From a virus: a DNA stretch of 46,628 bases. The position numbers were made by a program, and so were the translations under genes. This document shows, in pieces, positions 33,042 to 42,069 of the stretch. The notes beneath the pieces are model-generated. The model searched no databases. It was not told where the DNA came from and worked only from the letters and a program-made list of their open reading frames with translations. Each line of letters starts with the position of its first letter. Position 1 is the stretch's first letter. The stretch lies in IMG/VR virus record IMGVR_UViG_3300012922_000002, one strand, 5' to 3'.

Positions 33042-34790
33042 CTAGCCAGCCTGGATACCGGTAATAGCACCCTGCCATGCCGGAGCGTGGCAGAAGAACG
33101 TGCCGAACCAGTACGTAGAGAAGTCGTAACTGAGCTGATTTACAGGCCAGCTGATACCCATGTAATCCTGAACGTTGCGGTATTCCCAGCAAGAGGGGAC
33201 CTCAGAGTTCGGGAACGGGAGGGTATGAGTCAGAATCGACGCAGTGCCCTGGGGCCAGTACGGGTGGACTTCAAGGTCAACAACCTTGCCAGTCGCTTCG
33301 TTCTGGATAGCAGTGACAATCTGGCCGATCTGGTGGCCACCGGCGCCGTCCGCATCGATCGTGACACGGAAGCCGGTAGACGTCGAGCCCTTGAGCAGAT
33401 CCGAGAGCTGGATACGGTCGTTAGCGTTAGTCAGAATCGCATCCGGGTTAGCCAGATTCTTAGCGTACATCGTCGCAAAAGCCTTCTGGAATTCGGTACC
33501 AGGGTTAGTGGTAGAGAACTTACCAGCGATGTTCGTAGTGTAACCTGAGTTAGCGCCGAGCGTGACCGGGAGAATACCGTCGTAACCAATCGACTGAGCA
33601 GAAGTGTCAGCGGTCGGGGCGGTAGCACCAGACGACGGAATCGGACCAAGCACAGTGTAAGCAGGGGCGGTAACCGTGGTCGAGTTAGTGAAAGCACCCG
33701 CGTACGCGCCCGTAGCCGCCACAAAGAACGAGGTAGCGTTAGTAGCAGCGGTAGCGGAAACGTACACCTGGTAGCCTACAGCGCCCGGGACAGCAGTCCA
33801 CGCGACGTTGATAACACCGCCAGACGTGGTCGTCACAGCAGACGAGAACGTCGAAGCAGAGGTACCAAATCCGGAGACAGTGGCAACCGAAACGAACGTA
33901 GTCGTCGAGACACCCAGAGAGCCGCCACCAGCCGCCGGAGTAACAGCGACCGTAGCCGGAGCCGCAAGGACGCCCGAGTAGCCGTTACCAGCAGTACCGC
34001 GACCATAAACAGTCATACGCTCTTCCGCGAGGAACGAAGCGTACATCGTGCTAGTCTGAGAAAGCTGGCGAGCGTCCTGGAAACCCTGTCCAGCAAAGAA
34101 CGCCGACCAAGTAACCTCGTCCGACAGACCAAACTGGAAGTACTTAGCCAGCTGATCCTGACCGGTGTAGCTGATCTTCGGGGGGCGGTTGTAGTACAGC
34201 GCGTTAGCAGAGCCAGAAACATCAAAACGGTTCTGCGTGGTGTCCGCAACACCCGGGTGAATCAGCGGAAGACCGGTACCCGTCTGAGCGTTGGTAAATC
34301 CAGTGATCTGCTTATACTGGAACGAGGTGCCGACACCCTGAGTACGCGGGAAACGATTGCGAAGCGGGGTATCAATCGGCACCAACTCTTCAGCAGGCGC
34401 CTTAAGGTCGGTCAGAACCAGGCCAGTGTTAACCGGCGAGGTGAGAGAGATATCCTTCTGGATATCCATAGTGCCCAGCGAGTTCTGAATAGAAGCCAGC
34501 TGATCAGCACCGAGTGCTTTGTTAATCGTGTCGTTTGCCAGAAGCGAACGAAGCTGAGCAGCGTGATCCTCGGTCTTCTCGACCTGGATCAGAGTCTGAC
34601 CACTATCAGCCTTGGTCTGATTCGAGATTCGGAGATTACCCCGAACAGTCTGACCCGAGGAGTTAAATTCGCCCCACGGGGCGTCGGTCAGAGCCTGCTT
34701 ATAGCGATCAAACCTCTGGGACTTCTCGATAGGCGTTTCATCCGCCCCACCGAACAACGCGGTAGTCGCGTCGGCTTTCTTGCGAGCCAT
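33042..34790 (-). CDS. major capsid protein (582 aa)
   Basis: Follows the protease/scaffold gene. A stable hairpin lies after its stop. Position-based call. Confidence 0.8.
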   Translation of the reverse strand: MARKKADATTALFGGADETPIEKSQRFDRYKQALTDAPWGEFNSSGQTVRGNLRISNQTKADSGQTLIQVEKTEDHAAQLRSLLANDTINKALGADQLASIQNSLGTMDIQKDISLTSPVNTGLVLTDLKAPAEELVPIDTPLRNRFPRTQGVGTSFQYKQITGFTNAQTGTGLPLIHPGVADTTQNRFDVSGSANALYYNRPPKISYTGQDQLAKYFQFGLSDEVTWSAFFAGQGFQDARQLSQTSTMYASFLAEERMTVYGRGTAGNGYSGVLAAPATVAVTPAAGGGSLGVSTTTFVSVATVSGFGTSASTFSSAVTTTSGGVINVAWTAVPGAVGYQVYVSATAATNATSFFVAATGAYAGAFTNSTTVTAPAYTVLGPIPSSGATAPTADTSAQSIGYDGILPVTLGANSGYTTNIAGKFSTTNPGTEFQKAFATMYAKNLANPDAILTNANDRIQLSDLLKGSTSTGFRVTIDADGAGGHQIGQIVTAIQNEATGKVVDLEVHPYWPQGTASILTHTLPFPNSEVPSCWEYRNVQDYMGISWPVNQLSYDFSTYWFGTFFCHAPAWQGAITGIQAG

Positions 34791-34807
34791 GGTATTAGAG
34801 CCCTTTC

Positions 34808-36109
34808 TTAGGCATTGCCGTCGAGCTTCAAGAGCTCAGCTTCAGCGACAACAAGGCGTTCGCGATAGCCTTTTTGCATATCTCCGCCGGTTACGGCGAT
34901 AGAACGCTGACAAAGGTCGATCTCACGGTGCAAGCTGTCTGCTTTAGCAGAGACGGCGGTTTGATTGGTAGTGCGGGTACGAGCCGGACCACCGGGCCTA
35001 GGGGTTTCCAACACCTTCGTCATCTCAGCCTTGACGATTTCGAGTTCGTCCTGATAAGGCTTAACGGCCTTTGTGATGGCATCCTCAAGTAGCGCGGTAA
35101 TGTCGCTCTTGGTCAACGTCTCTTCCGAGTCGTCTCCCTTGTTCAGAGGCTCAACAGCAACCTCTGGAGTTTCGGGAATAGGCTCCGCAACAACAGGAGC
35201 TTCATCGGTTTTAGTGACAGCGTCGGGAACAACGTCATCAGTCTTGGTTTCGTCCGCCATAGCAATCTCTTTCTGTTCGTAGCATACGAACCACTGGAGA
35301 GCGCATGCGGCATCAGTCAGGGTTCGAATATCGTAGATCTCATTAAGGTTGCCCTGAGCAAGGCTCTCAGCCTCACTGATGATGAGTCGGGCGATACACG
35401 AAATAGCTTCCTGAGCGTTATTGATATCAGCAGATTCATCTGCTTTAGCAACAATGATCAACGGAGTAAGCTGTTCGATGAGCTTCTCAGCGTCAGATTT
35501 CTCCGCCGGGATTTCATCGACAACGGGGACAGGAACCTTACCCAGCGACTTTAAGAGTTCAGCGAACTGAGAGGGCGTGAAGCTAGGCTCATCAGCTTTC
35601 GTTGTCTCTTCCAACGCGGGTACGTCCACCACCTGAAGATCTCCGTTAGAGTCCGCTTTCGCGATAGTAAAAACGGTTCCAGGGTTGCTGGGTCGGTCCA
35701 CCACGGAGACTTCGAAGATCTTTCCCCCGACGATTCGTCCACCAGCAGCCGCCTTGTCGATAGTCACTCGGCCGTTTTTAGCACCGAACGAATACCCACG
35801 AAGAACACCAGCCTCGATTTTCTTAACCGTGACAGGATCGACGATATGCGATCGGAGCCAGTGCTTACCGCCGTCAAGCTTCTGATAAGTCAAAGCAACA
35901 CCAGCCGCTCGCTTACCGTCATGCTGTTCGCGGATATTCCCGCCTTCGCGGAACCATTCGGGCATTGCGGTATCCAACCATGCAGGATCCGCAATCTGGT
36001 AGTCCCTGTCAATCGAAGAATCAGTGGCGACTCCTTCGATAATCAGCGAACCATCTTCCTGCTTTTCCTGCTTCGAGATTGGCACGTAGCCATAAACAGG
36101 TTCAGTCAT
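34808..36109 (-). CDS. prohead protease fused to acidic scaffold-like C-terminal half (433 aa)
   Basis: N-terminal 180 aa resemble HK97-family prohead proteases. The C-terminal half is acidic and coiled-coil. Position between the MuF-like and capsid genes. Confidence 0.7.
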   Translation of the reverse strand: MTEPVYGYVPISKQEKQEDGSLIIEGVATDSSIDRDYQIADPAWLDTAMPEWFREGGNIREQHDGKRAAGVALTYQKLDGGKHWLRSHIVDPVTVKKIEAGVLRGYSFGAKNGRVTIDKAAAGGRIVGGKIFEVSVVDRPSNPGTVFTIAKADSNGDLQVVDVPALEETTKADEPSFTPSQFAELLKSLGKVPVPVVDEIPAEKSDAEKLIEQLTPLIIVAKADESADINNAQEAISCIARLIISEAESLAQGNLNEIYDIRTLTDAACALQWFVCYEQKEIAMADETKTDDVVPDAVTKTDEAPVVAEPIPETPEVAVEPLNKGDDSEETLTKSDITALLEDAITKAVKPYQDELEIVKAEMTKVLETPRPGGPARTRTTNQTAVSAKADSLHREIDLCQRSIAVTGGDMQKGYRERLVVAEAELLKLDGNA

Positions 36110-36858
36110 TATGACCCCGTGTCTTCTTCATCGATTGGTGTTTCATCAGAATACGTAGTAGCCGAATCCAAAGAACCCGGGATATAATCCGGTACGATAT
36201 GGCATCGACATGCCGGATGGCATGGCGGAGGTCCGTTAGGGAAGGATTCGGTGATTAGAATAGATCCGGTATTCTCGTTCTCGTCGCATACTGGGCAAAC
36301 CCGAGAGTCTGCCACAGTGATAAACGAGACGGTAGCTACGCTAGCCCGTTGGTATACCGAGTACGCAGCAGCAGTAAACGATCGAGTGACCTCGGTCTGA
36401 GTGATAGCATAAGCCTTCTCAGCAGAAGAATCCCGGACGATCTGAACTAGCTCCGTGGCCGTGGCAGGCAGCGCCTGAGCTAAGAGTTTAGCGGTGCGTT
36501 TCGCTATAGACTGGGTGATTCCTCGCCACACCGTCTTAGCTTTGGCTTTTAGTCCGGTGAGCGCTGAGTCAGTTTTAGAGATGTTGGATACTAGCTCCTG
36601 GGCTATCTCAGTGCCGAACGCGTAAGCGTCTGTGTAGAGTTGCTCTAGAGGCCCGGAATCCAGGTTCATAGACTGGGCTATGAGCCCGTGAATCTCTTCA
36701 GGAGTAGTTAGACCCCGGGAGAGAATCTCGTCAGCTAGTTCTGCTGGATTGTTAATCAACCCAGTCAAAGCCGTGCTGATACCCGGTAGAAATTGCTGAG
36801 TCAGCTGTTCGTGGCTTAGGAGGCGTCGAGCCTCCCACGTCTCGTGTGTTGGCATCAC
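36109..36858 (-). CDS. MuF-like / SPP1 gp7-family head morphogenesis protein (249 aa)
   Basis: VCPVCDENENTG...PPCHPACRCHIVP C-terminal motif. The annotated start overlaps the portal gene by 107 nt. Confidence 0.8.
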   Translation of the reverse strand: MMPTHETWEARRLLSHEQLTQQFLPGISTALTGLINNPAELADEILSRGLTTPEEIHGLIAQSMNLDSGPLEQLYTDAYAFGTEIAQELVSNISKTDSALTGLKAKAKTVWRGITQSIAKRTAKLLAQALPATATELVQIVRDSSAEKAYAITQTEVTRSFTAAAYSVYQRASVATVSFITVADSRVCPVCDENENTGSILITESFPNGPPPCHPACRCHIVPDYIPGSLDSATTYSDETPIDEEDTGS

Positions 36859-38635
36859 CTTTGAGGATCTCCGCCGATTCGGCGGGAGTGTGGTGGTGCC
36901 AGATAAACGGACGAGCGTTGCCTTTACGAATATAGTTACGATAAGCAGTTAGCTCCGACTTCTTAACATCGGCAGTAGGCTTATCACTTGTTTTCTCGTT
37001 AGGTTTAGGTTCATCGGTGGTAGTCGGGGCGCTGGGCGGACCGACCTGAACACCGGGTGTAGCAGCAGCGGCAGAAGCCGCATTCTCGATAAACACCACG
37101 CCACCACGAGTAACAACCATAGGCATATCAGCCTCGGGGAACGTGAACCGGGGAAGACCGATACGATCCCGATCCTCGTTTAGAGTCATACGTCCACCAC
37201 TCACACGCGCAGCGGCTACTAGATCCGCTTCGTGCTCATCCTCGGATTCCATACCAAGGAACTGGAGCGTAAGCTCCGCAGGCATACCAAGGTACTCACG
37301 AGAAATAGAATTGACCAGGTCGACTAGCCACGCAAGCGTAGGACGAAGAGATTTACGATACGTAACATCTTCTTCGCCTTGCGAGAATCCCGCCCCACCG
37401 AGTCCTTTAGATGGGGTGAAACCAATCTCAGAGGGCTGAGTAGCCATGTGCGCACACAACAGTTTGACAAGGAATTCGTCGTAGTCGGGCTTGTACCGCT
37501 CAGAAGCATCCGAAGTAACAACCGGATCCATACCGCCTGGGAGAAGCTTGTAACGGTGGCGGTTAGAAGTATCGCCAGCCATATAATCGTTGAGTACTAC
37601 TTCCCACGCACGAGTCTGCTCCGGGGTCATAGCCCCCATAGCAGTATCCATTTTGAGGAACGTGGTAGGCAACGTACCCGAAGTGTATTCTTGCCTCATC
37701 CAATCCTGGCGACGAAGATAAACATCGGCCGAGACCAGCGCTTGTTCGACTTCTGGGAATCCAAACGGAGATTGAGTGCGTCGAGTGTACGGCTTGTAAA
37801 TAAGGCTTCCGGCTCCGCCTTCCCAGTTATCAGAGGCGCCATTATCAGTGTATTCACCACGAGGAAAACCATACAGCCACTGCTGATAAGCGGGGGCGGG
37901 GGGAGCAGGACGATTGCCGTATTCGTCGATAAGCGGTTTGATAGTAGAGCCATCGACAATCTCTAAGCTAGCGAGCTGCCCGCCATACGTCATACGCGGG
38001 TAAATACTCAGTGCGTCGAGTACAAATCGCTCTTCGAGCAACATACCCAACCACTCAGACCATGACAGGTCGTTAGTAGTGTCCGGGTTAGACCAGAAGT
38101 TTTTGAGCGCAGCGAACTGGTCCGAATACTTATCCCGCATCTCTTTCTTAGACGTGGGGGAAGTAATCCCTAGTTGCTGCTCAGCGTCGGCAGTGAAGCC
38201 GAAACCCCACTCAAGTTGGCATAGTTCGTCTTTACGCGTGCGCAGGCACAAGCGGATAATATCGACTTTATCCGCTGCTTCTCGTAGCGTAGTCCATGGG
38301 ACAGGGCGATCGTTAGCCAACAGGTTATATGAAACAGGATACTCGTACTGGCGGGGGTCAGCTTGATTGGTAACCGGGTTAGGAGTGTTCAGCGGAGCAG
38401 GGTACAGCGGGGCACCAGGCCCAAACAACGACCAGAAGCCTTGAGAGCGGTCGAGAGGGACAGCCCCTGATACAGCACCCTGGGTACGACCCTGAATCAT
38501 CCCTAGCATGCTCGTAGCGTCTGTAACCGTACTCCCTGCCGGGAGAGCCAAACCACCAGGCATAGAAGTAGGGCCACGATAGGCTTTGGATACAGGAGAG
38601 CCTGCTACACGAGGGCGACGAATACCACGAGACAT
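36752..38635 (-). CDS. portal protein (627 aa)
   Basis: Directly downstream of TerL (1-nt gap). Size and position. Confidence 0.88.
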   Translation of the reverse strand: MSRGIRRPRVAGSPVSKAYRGPTSMPGGLALPAGSTVTDATSMLGMIQGRTQGAVSGAVPLDRSQGFWSLFGPGAPLYPAPLNTPNPVTNQADPRQYEYPVSYNLLANDRPVPWTTLREAADKVDIIRLCLRTRKDELCQLEWGFGFTADAEQQLGITSPTSKKEMRDKYSDQFAALKNFWSNPDTTNDLSWSEWLGMLLEERFVLDALSIYPRMTYGGQLASLEIVDGSTIKPLIDEYGNRPAPPAPAYQQWLYGFPRGEYTDNGASDNWEGGAGSLIYKPYTRRTQSPFGFPEVEQALVSADVYLRRQDWMRQEYTSGTLPTTFLKMDTAMGAMTPEQTRAWEVVLNDYMAGDTSNRHRYKLLPGGMDPVVTSDASERYKPDYDEFLVKLLCAHMATQPSEIGFTPSKGLGGAGFSQGEEDVTYRKSLRPTLAWLVDLVNSISREYLGMPAELTLQFLGMESEDEHEADLVAAARVSGGRMTLNEDRDRIGLPRFTFPEADMPMVVTRGGVVFIENAASAAAATPGVQVGPPSAPTTTDEPKPNEKTSDKPTADVKKSELTAYRNYIRKGNARPFIWHHHTPAESAEILKGDANTRDVGGSTPPKPRTADSAISTGYQHGFDWVD

Positions 38636-38636
38636 T

Positions 38637-39944
38637 CTAACCCCCTGTCTTAGTAGACATCAGTGAATCCAAGAATCCAGCAGCAAACGAAGGCTGAGCA
38701 AGATGAAGCAACGCGTACACCAAAGCATCCATACGGTCTGGCGATTCGACTTCTTCAGGAGTCCACATACACAACTGATCCTCCAAGTTGTCGAATGAAC
38801 CTACATGGTGTACTTTGTGCTGTTCGTACAATGCTGATACTGGCTCAGCACGAACCCGCTTGCCTTTTTTAGCGTGGATCATTTTAATAGGCAGGTTAGG
38901 AGCGAGTTGACGGAGCAAAGCGGTAAGAGCTTCTCCACCTTGGTTGGTCTCAATAACTACTTCGTTAGCGCTGAAGTCGTCAAATGCGCCCACGGTACGA
39001 GCAGCCCAGTCAAGAGGCGTAGTTCTGACAGATCGATCTGATAAGACATAGTATTGCCCGTCAATTCCCTGACCAGCCACGATGATACCGGTTTCATCTG
39101 CATCTTCACCAGAAGTGACAGCAGGATCAACCGCAACAACAATTCGTTGCATTTCAGGAGCACGCTGAACGCGATCTGAATCAAGCCATTCACGCTGCCA
39201 GAGTGCGCCGGGGATATCGTCGAGTATCTCGGCGAATAGTTCTTGACGACCAAGCCTGGTGCCTTCATACCTCTCCTTCAGCGAAGCAAGCGTAGAAGCA
39301 GCGAGGTTGGCAGCGTTGTCGTATGTGCTACCCCGAGTAACATGCACATCTTCTCGCTTGAGAAGCTCCCGGACAATTTTCACAGGAAGCGGAGTAGTCG
39401 TGGCGATAACCTTTGGCTGAACACCGAGGCGGAGACCAAACATCAACTGATCCCACGCGTCTGGTGCGTTTTTCACTACCTGGGCTAGTTCGTCTACCCA
39501 CGCTCGGTGATGCTGAGGACCACGGAGACGTGCGGGTGATTCAGCAGAGAACAGCTTGACCTGGGCTTTGTTAGGGAGGGTAATCTGACCAAGAGTCTTA
39601 TTCCACTTGAGTCCGGTTTCCTCGGTGAGCCCGTACCGCTCTAGTACAGCGAGCAGCCCTGATTCACCTTCTACGCAGGTGTCACGAGCGTCAGCGAAGG
39701 TAGGCGCCAGGATCGCGCAGCGGTGGCCTGGGTTGGATACGAGGTAGTCAGCGAGGTCCTCAGCCCCGGTGCGTGTCTTGCCAAACCCTCGACCAGCGAG
39801 GATGAGCCATACGTTCCAGTCGCCTTCGGGGGTGTGTTGCTCGGTACGGCCTTGCTCACGCCAGAACTTCTGGCCGTTGGCTACCGGGTCACCGTGCGTG
39901 ACCTGGTGTTCTAGGAGTTCGGTGAAGATCGACAAAGCATCCAT
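38637..39944 (-). CDS. terL: terminase large subunit (435 aa)
   Basis: Walker A-like GRGFGKT, Walker B WVDELAQ, and a C-terminal RNase H-like nuclease region (VAVDPA...). Confidence 0.92.
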   Translation of the reverse strand: MDALSIFTELLEHQVTHGDPVANGQKFWREQGRTEQHTPEGDWNVWLILAGRGFGKTRTGAEDLADYLVSNPGHRCAILAPTFADARDTCVEGESGLLAVLERYGLTEETGLKWNKTLGQITLPNKAQVKLFSAESPARLRGPQHHRAWVDELAQVVKNAPDAWDQLMFGLRLGVQPKVIATTTPLPVKIVRELLKREDVHVTRGSTYDNAANLAASTLASLKERYEGTRLGRQELFAEILDDIPGALWQREWLDSDRVQRAPEMQRIVVAVDPAVTSGEDADETGIIVAGQGIDGQYYVLSDRSVRTTPLDWAARTVGAFDDFSANEVVIETNQGGEALTALLRQLAPNLPIKMIHAKKGKRVRAEPVSALYEQHKVHHVGSFDNLEDQLCMWTPEEVESPDRMDALVYALLHLAQPSFAAGFLDSLMSTKTGG

Positions 39945-39945
39945 G

Positions 39946-39973
39946 TTGACACCTGCCGATCGTGTGCTATGCT
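39946..39973 (+). promoter_or_regulatory. sigma-70-like promoter for the counter-oriented island (probably leaderless mRNA)
   Basis: TTGACA (39946..39951), a 16-nt spacer, then TATGCT (39968..39973). The ATG at 39980 is 6 nt after the -10 and has no RBS. Confidence 0.55.
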
Positions 39974-39979
39974 AGGTCC

Positions 39980-40171
39980 ATGACAGCAGCCGAGTTCAAA
40001 GACATCCTGGCTCTCCGCGATGAGTACCGCCAGGTATCCGAAGAGTGGCGCTTCCTTCGGGAGCGTTCCGGGTTGAATAACCCGGTAGTAGAAGCCAAAC
40101 TTGGCTTGCTCCGGATGATCGCTCTGGATCTTCGTGAAGACCACGGCATCGACATCGACGACATTCTCTGA
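39980..40171 (+). CDS. hypothetical protein (63 aa), island gene 1
   Basis: First ATG of track ORF 39962..40171. Confidence 0.6.
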   Translation: MTAAEFKDILALRDEYRQVSEEWRFLRERSGLNNPVVEAKLGLLRMIALDLREDHGIDIDDIL

Positions 40172-40347
40172 TGGTCTACCAATTCGACGTAGGGGTAACT
40201 ACTCACGATCTCCTGAGTAAAGGTATTTTAGTAGACCACTACGTTCGAGTCGAGCTAGAAGCCCCAAGCTACCACGATGCTTCGCTACTAGCGATCCAGA
40301 TGGGGTTTGTGGTAGGCTACGCAACCGAACTACTAGACGTGGAGTGA
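40171..40347 (+). CDS. hypothetical small protein (58 aa), island gene 2
   Basis: TGATG overlap start. The stop overlaps the next start. Confidence 0.5.
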   Translation: MVYQFDVGVTTHDLLSKGILVDHYVRVELEAPSYHDASLLAIQMGFVVGYATELLDVE

Positions 40348-40685
40348 CAATGACTTGGTTTGAGTATAGCCAGAACAACTCTGGTGGATCGTTTGACCAT
40401 GACCCTAAGCGCGGTATTGGCTACTACGTGTGGGTCGAAGCAGTAGACGCTGAGGAATCTGACTACAAAGCTCAGCGTATCGGTTTGTATTTCGATGGCG
40501 TCGACAACAACCAAGATTGTTCTTGTTGCGGTGATCGCTGGTCGTCTAAGTCGAAATACGAGTGGAATAACAAGGGCCAGGAAAACCCACCCACGATCGA
40601 GGACCTCTCGGGTGGTTGGCATATCGGTTCGTACGCTCACCATGCAGACGGACAGATCACGACTGTGGTAGTAGTGAACAAGTAA
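40344..40685 (+). CDS. conserved phage protein with NNSGGSF and DCSCCGDRW motifs (113 aa), island gene 3
   Basis: GTGA overlap (alternative ATG at 40350). The motif pair is recognisable from other phage genomes. Function unknown. Confidence 0.7.
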   Translation: MTMTWFEYSQNNSGGSFDHDPKRGIGYYVWVEAVDAEESDYKAQRIGLYFDGVDNNQDCSCCGDRWSSKSKYEWNNKGQENPPTIEDLSGGWHIGSYAHHADGQITTVVVVNK

Positions 40686-40695
40686 ATAGATCTTG

Positions 40696-40734
40696 GCACC
40701 CCCAGCTGGCTAACCGCCCTGGGGGTGTCTTGGT
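40696..40734. terminator. terminator hairpin between the island and the TerS-like gene
   Basis: CACCCCCAG...CTGGGGGTG 9-bp stem followed by TCTTGGTTT. The sequence on the opposite strand is less T-rich. Confidence 0.6.
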
Positions 40735-41325
40735 TTATGAAGCGATAGCAGGCAAGAGCTTCAGGTGGTTGACAGCAGCAAGCTTAGCTACCTGTTGCAT
40801 TTCGATGCTCATACCTACAGCCCTGAGAGCAGCGTCTAGCGCTGCCATCATCATACGAGCATGAGCTTCTGCAATCTCGACCTGGCGCTTAGCAAGACCA
40901 GCAGCAACAGCCTTGACAGCGAGGTCCCCACAGAACTTCCGCTCGGTCATCTCAAGCGCTACGAGACCCTTGACGTACTCGCCTTGCACGCCAAACTCTC
41001 CCCACACTTTGCCAATAACAGCTTCTCGTAAAGTATCGGATTTGCTAACAAGCTGTTCAAGCTCTAGCGCATACATCTCAGCACGGCTAGCAGACTGTGA
41101 GAGCAATCGTAGCAGCATCTCACCCGGGTCTACGGTAGAGTCACCCAAGCCCCATTTAGCAATCTCAGCGCGCACAGCAGCAGTAGCGCGGACCTGTGGG
41201 GCTCCGCCCCCGTGCTTACGGCAGACGGTAGCGCCGTTGATAGGCCAGTTACCACACCGTTCCCCCGCACGATCACCGAGTCGGGTGATGCCGATACACT
41301 TTTCTTTGGGAGTAGGCGACTTCAT
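40735..41325 (-). CDS. putative terminase small subunit / DNA-binding protein (196 aa)
   Basis: N-terminal C...CGNWP...CRKHGGGAPQ motif, seen in some actinophage small terminases. Position upstream of TerL. Confidence 0.5.
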   Translation of the reverse strand: MKSPTPKEKCIGITRLGDRAGERCGNWPINGATVCRKHGGGAPQVRATAAVRAEIAKWGLGDSTVDPGEMLLRLLSQSASRAEMYALELEQLVSKSDTLREAVIGKVWGEFGVQGEYVKGLVALEMTERKFCGDLAVKAVAAGLAKRQVEIAEAHARMMMAALDAALRAVGMSIEMQQVAKLAAVNHLKLLPAIAS

Positions 41326-41334
41326 TACGCCCCT

Positions 41335-41841
41335 TTACAACTCGCTAAGACCAAACGAACGGATGATTTCTGGGTTGGTAACTAGCGAAACAGTAACCAA
41401 CTGATAATCCTCGGTGGATTCGGGGTGGTCCGTATCGCGATACGGGTAAGCGACCTTGGTAATCTGATACAGTTTGTTATCGATCAGAACTTCGCTTAGA
41501 TCTTTCAATGGTGCATCCAAGAACACTGTTACCAAATGCGTATTATTCTCGTTATACAACCGAGCTTGTGCTCGGGGTGTGGTAGGGATAACACTCAACG
41601 ACGGAGTGAGATTAGTACGCTGACCCTGGTCTTCGGGGTATGTGTTGATCGTGAGAACAGCCTGCGATGAATCCGGAACCTGAACCTGCCGAAGGACATG
41701 CCGGTACCCAGAGTCCAGCCCTGTGATTTGTACCTCATGGCCCACCCATTCTGAGAACGTCGTTGGCTTGAAGCCGTTGGTATCCGAGAATAGCTTTACG
41801 GTGTATTCAATCATCGTTTTCCTCTCAGAGATACGGATCAC
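41335..41841 (-). CDS. hypothetical protein (168 aa)
   Basis: ORF track. GAGAGGAAAA RBS. Confidence 0.75.
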   Translation of the reverse strand: MIRISERKTMIEYTVKLFSDTNGFKPTTFSEWVGHEVQITGLDSGYRHVLRQVQVPDSSQAVLTINTYPEDQGQRTNLTPSLSVIPTTPRAQARLYNENNTHLVTVFLDAPLKDLSEVLIDNKLYQITKVAYPYRDTDHPESTEDYQLVTVSLVTNPEIIRSFGLSEL

Positions 41842-41872
41842 CCCCTAGTTTGCTTCCCTCAGCAAGGGTGGA

Positions 41873-41944
41873 GGGATTTGAACCCCCGACATCTGGTTTT
41901 GGAGACCAGCGTTCTTCCGCTGAACTACACCCTAATACGTGGCT
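41873..41944 (-). tRNA. trnW: tRNA-Trp (anticodon CCA)
   Basis: Folded by hand: D arm GTTC/GAAC; anticodon arm CTGGT-CTCCAAA-ACCAG; T arm GGGGG-TTCAAAT-CCCTC; acceptor TAGGGTG/CACCCTT with a U-U at 1:72. Close to E. coli tRNA-Trp. No encoded CCA. Confidence 0.8.
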
Positions 41945-42069
41945 AGGAGCACACCCCCGACTTAGCCGCTCAGTACTTAGAGCGGTACCACACGGCGTGT
42001 AACCGGGAAAGATAGCTACACACCTTTTGGAGCTAGCCTGCAATTAGATTCAGATTTACGGTCTGAACC

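Noticed and set aside
34257-34811. 184-aa plus-strand ORF (likewise 37379..37966, 33087..33548 and 25482..26339).
   Set aside because: They are antisense to the capsid, portal and tape measure genes, with shadow-frame composition.
41951-42036. Possible second tRNA upstream of tRNA-Trp (GGCTAG/CTAGCC closure; hairpin with an 8-nt loop).
   Set aside because: It has no T arm (no GTTCRANYC-like loop), no D arm, and a non-standard anticodon loop. It is kept only as a structured-spacer finding.
41825-42043. 72-aa minus-strand ORF.
   Set aside because: It is translated straight through the tRNA-Trp gene (the GGSNPS stretch is the T arm) and through the structured spacer.
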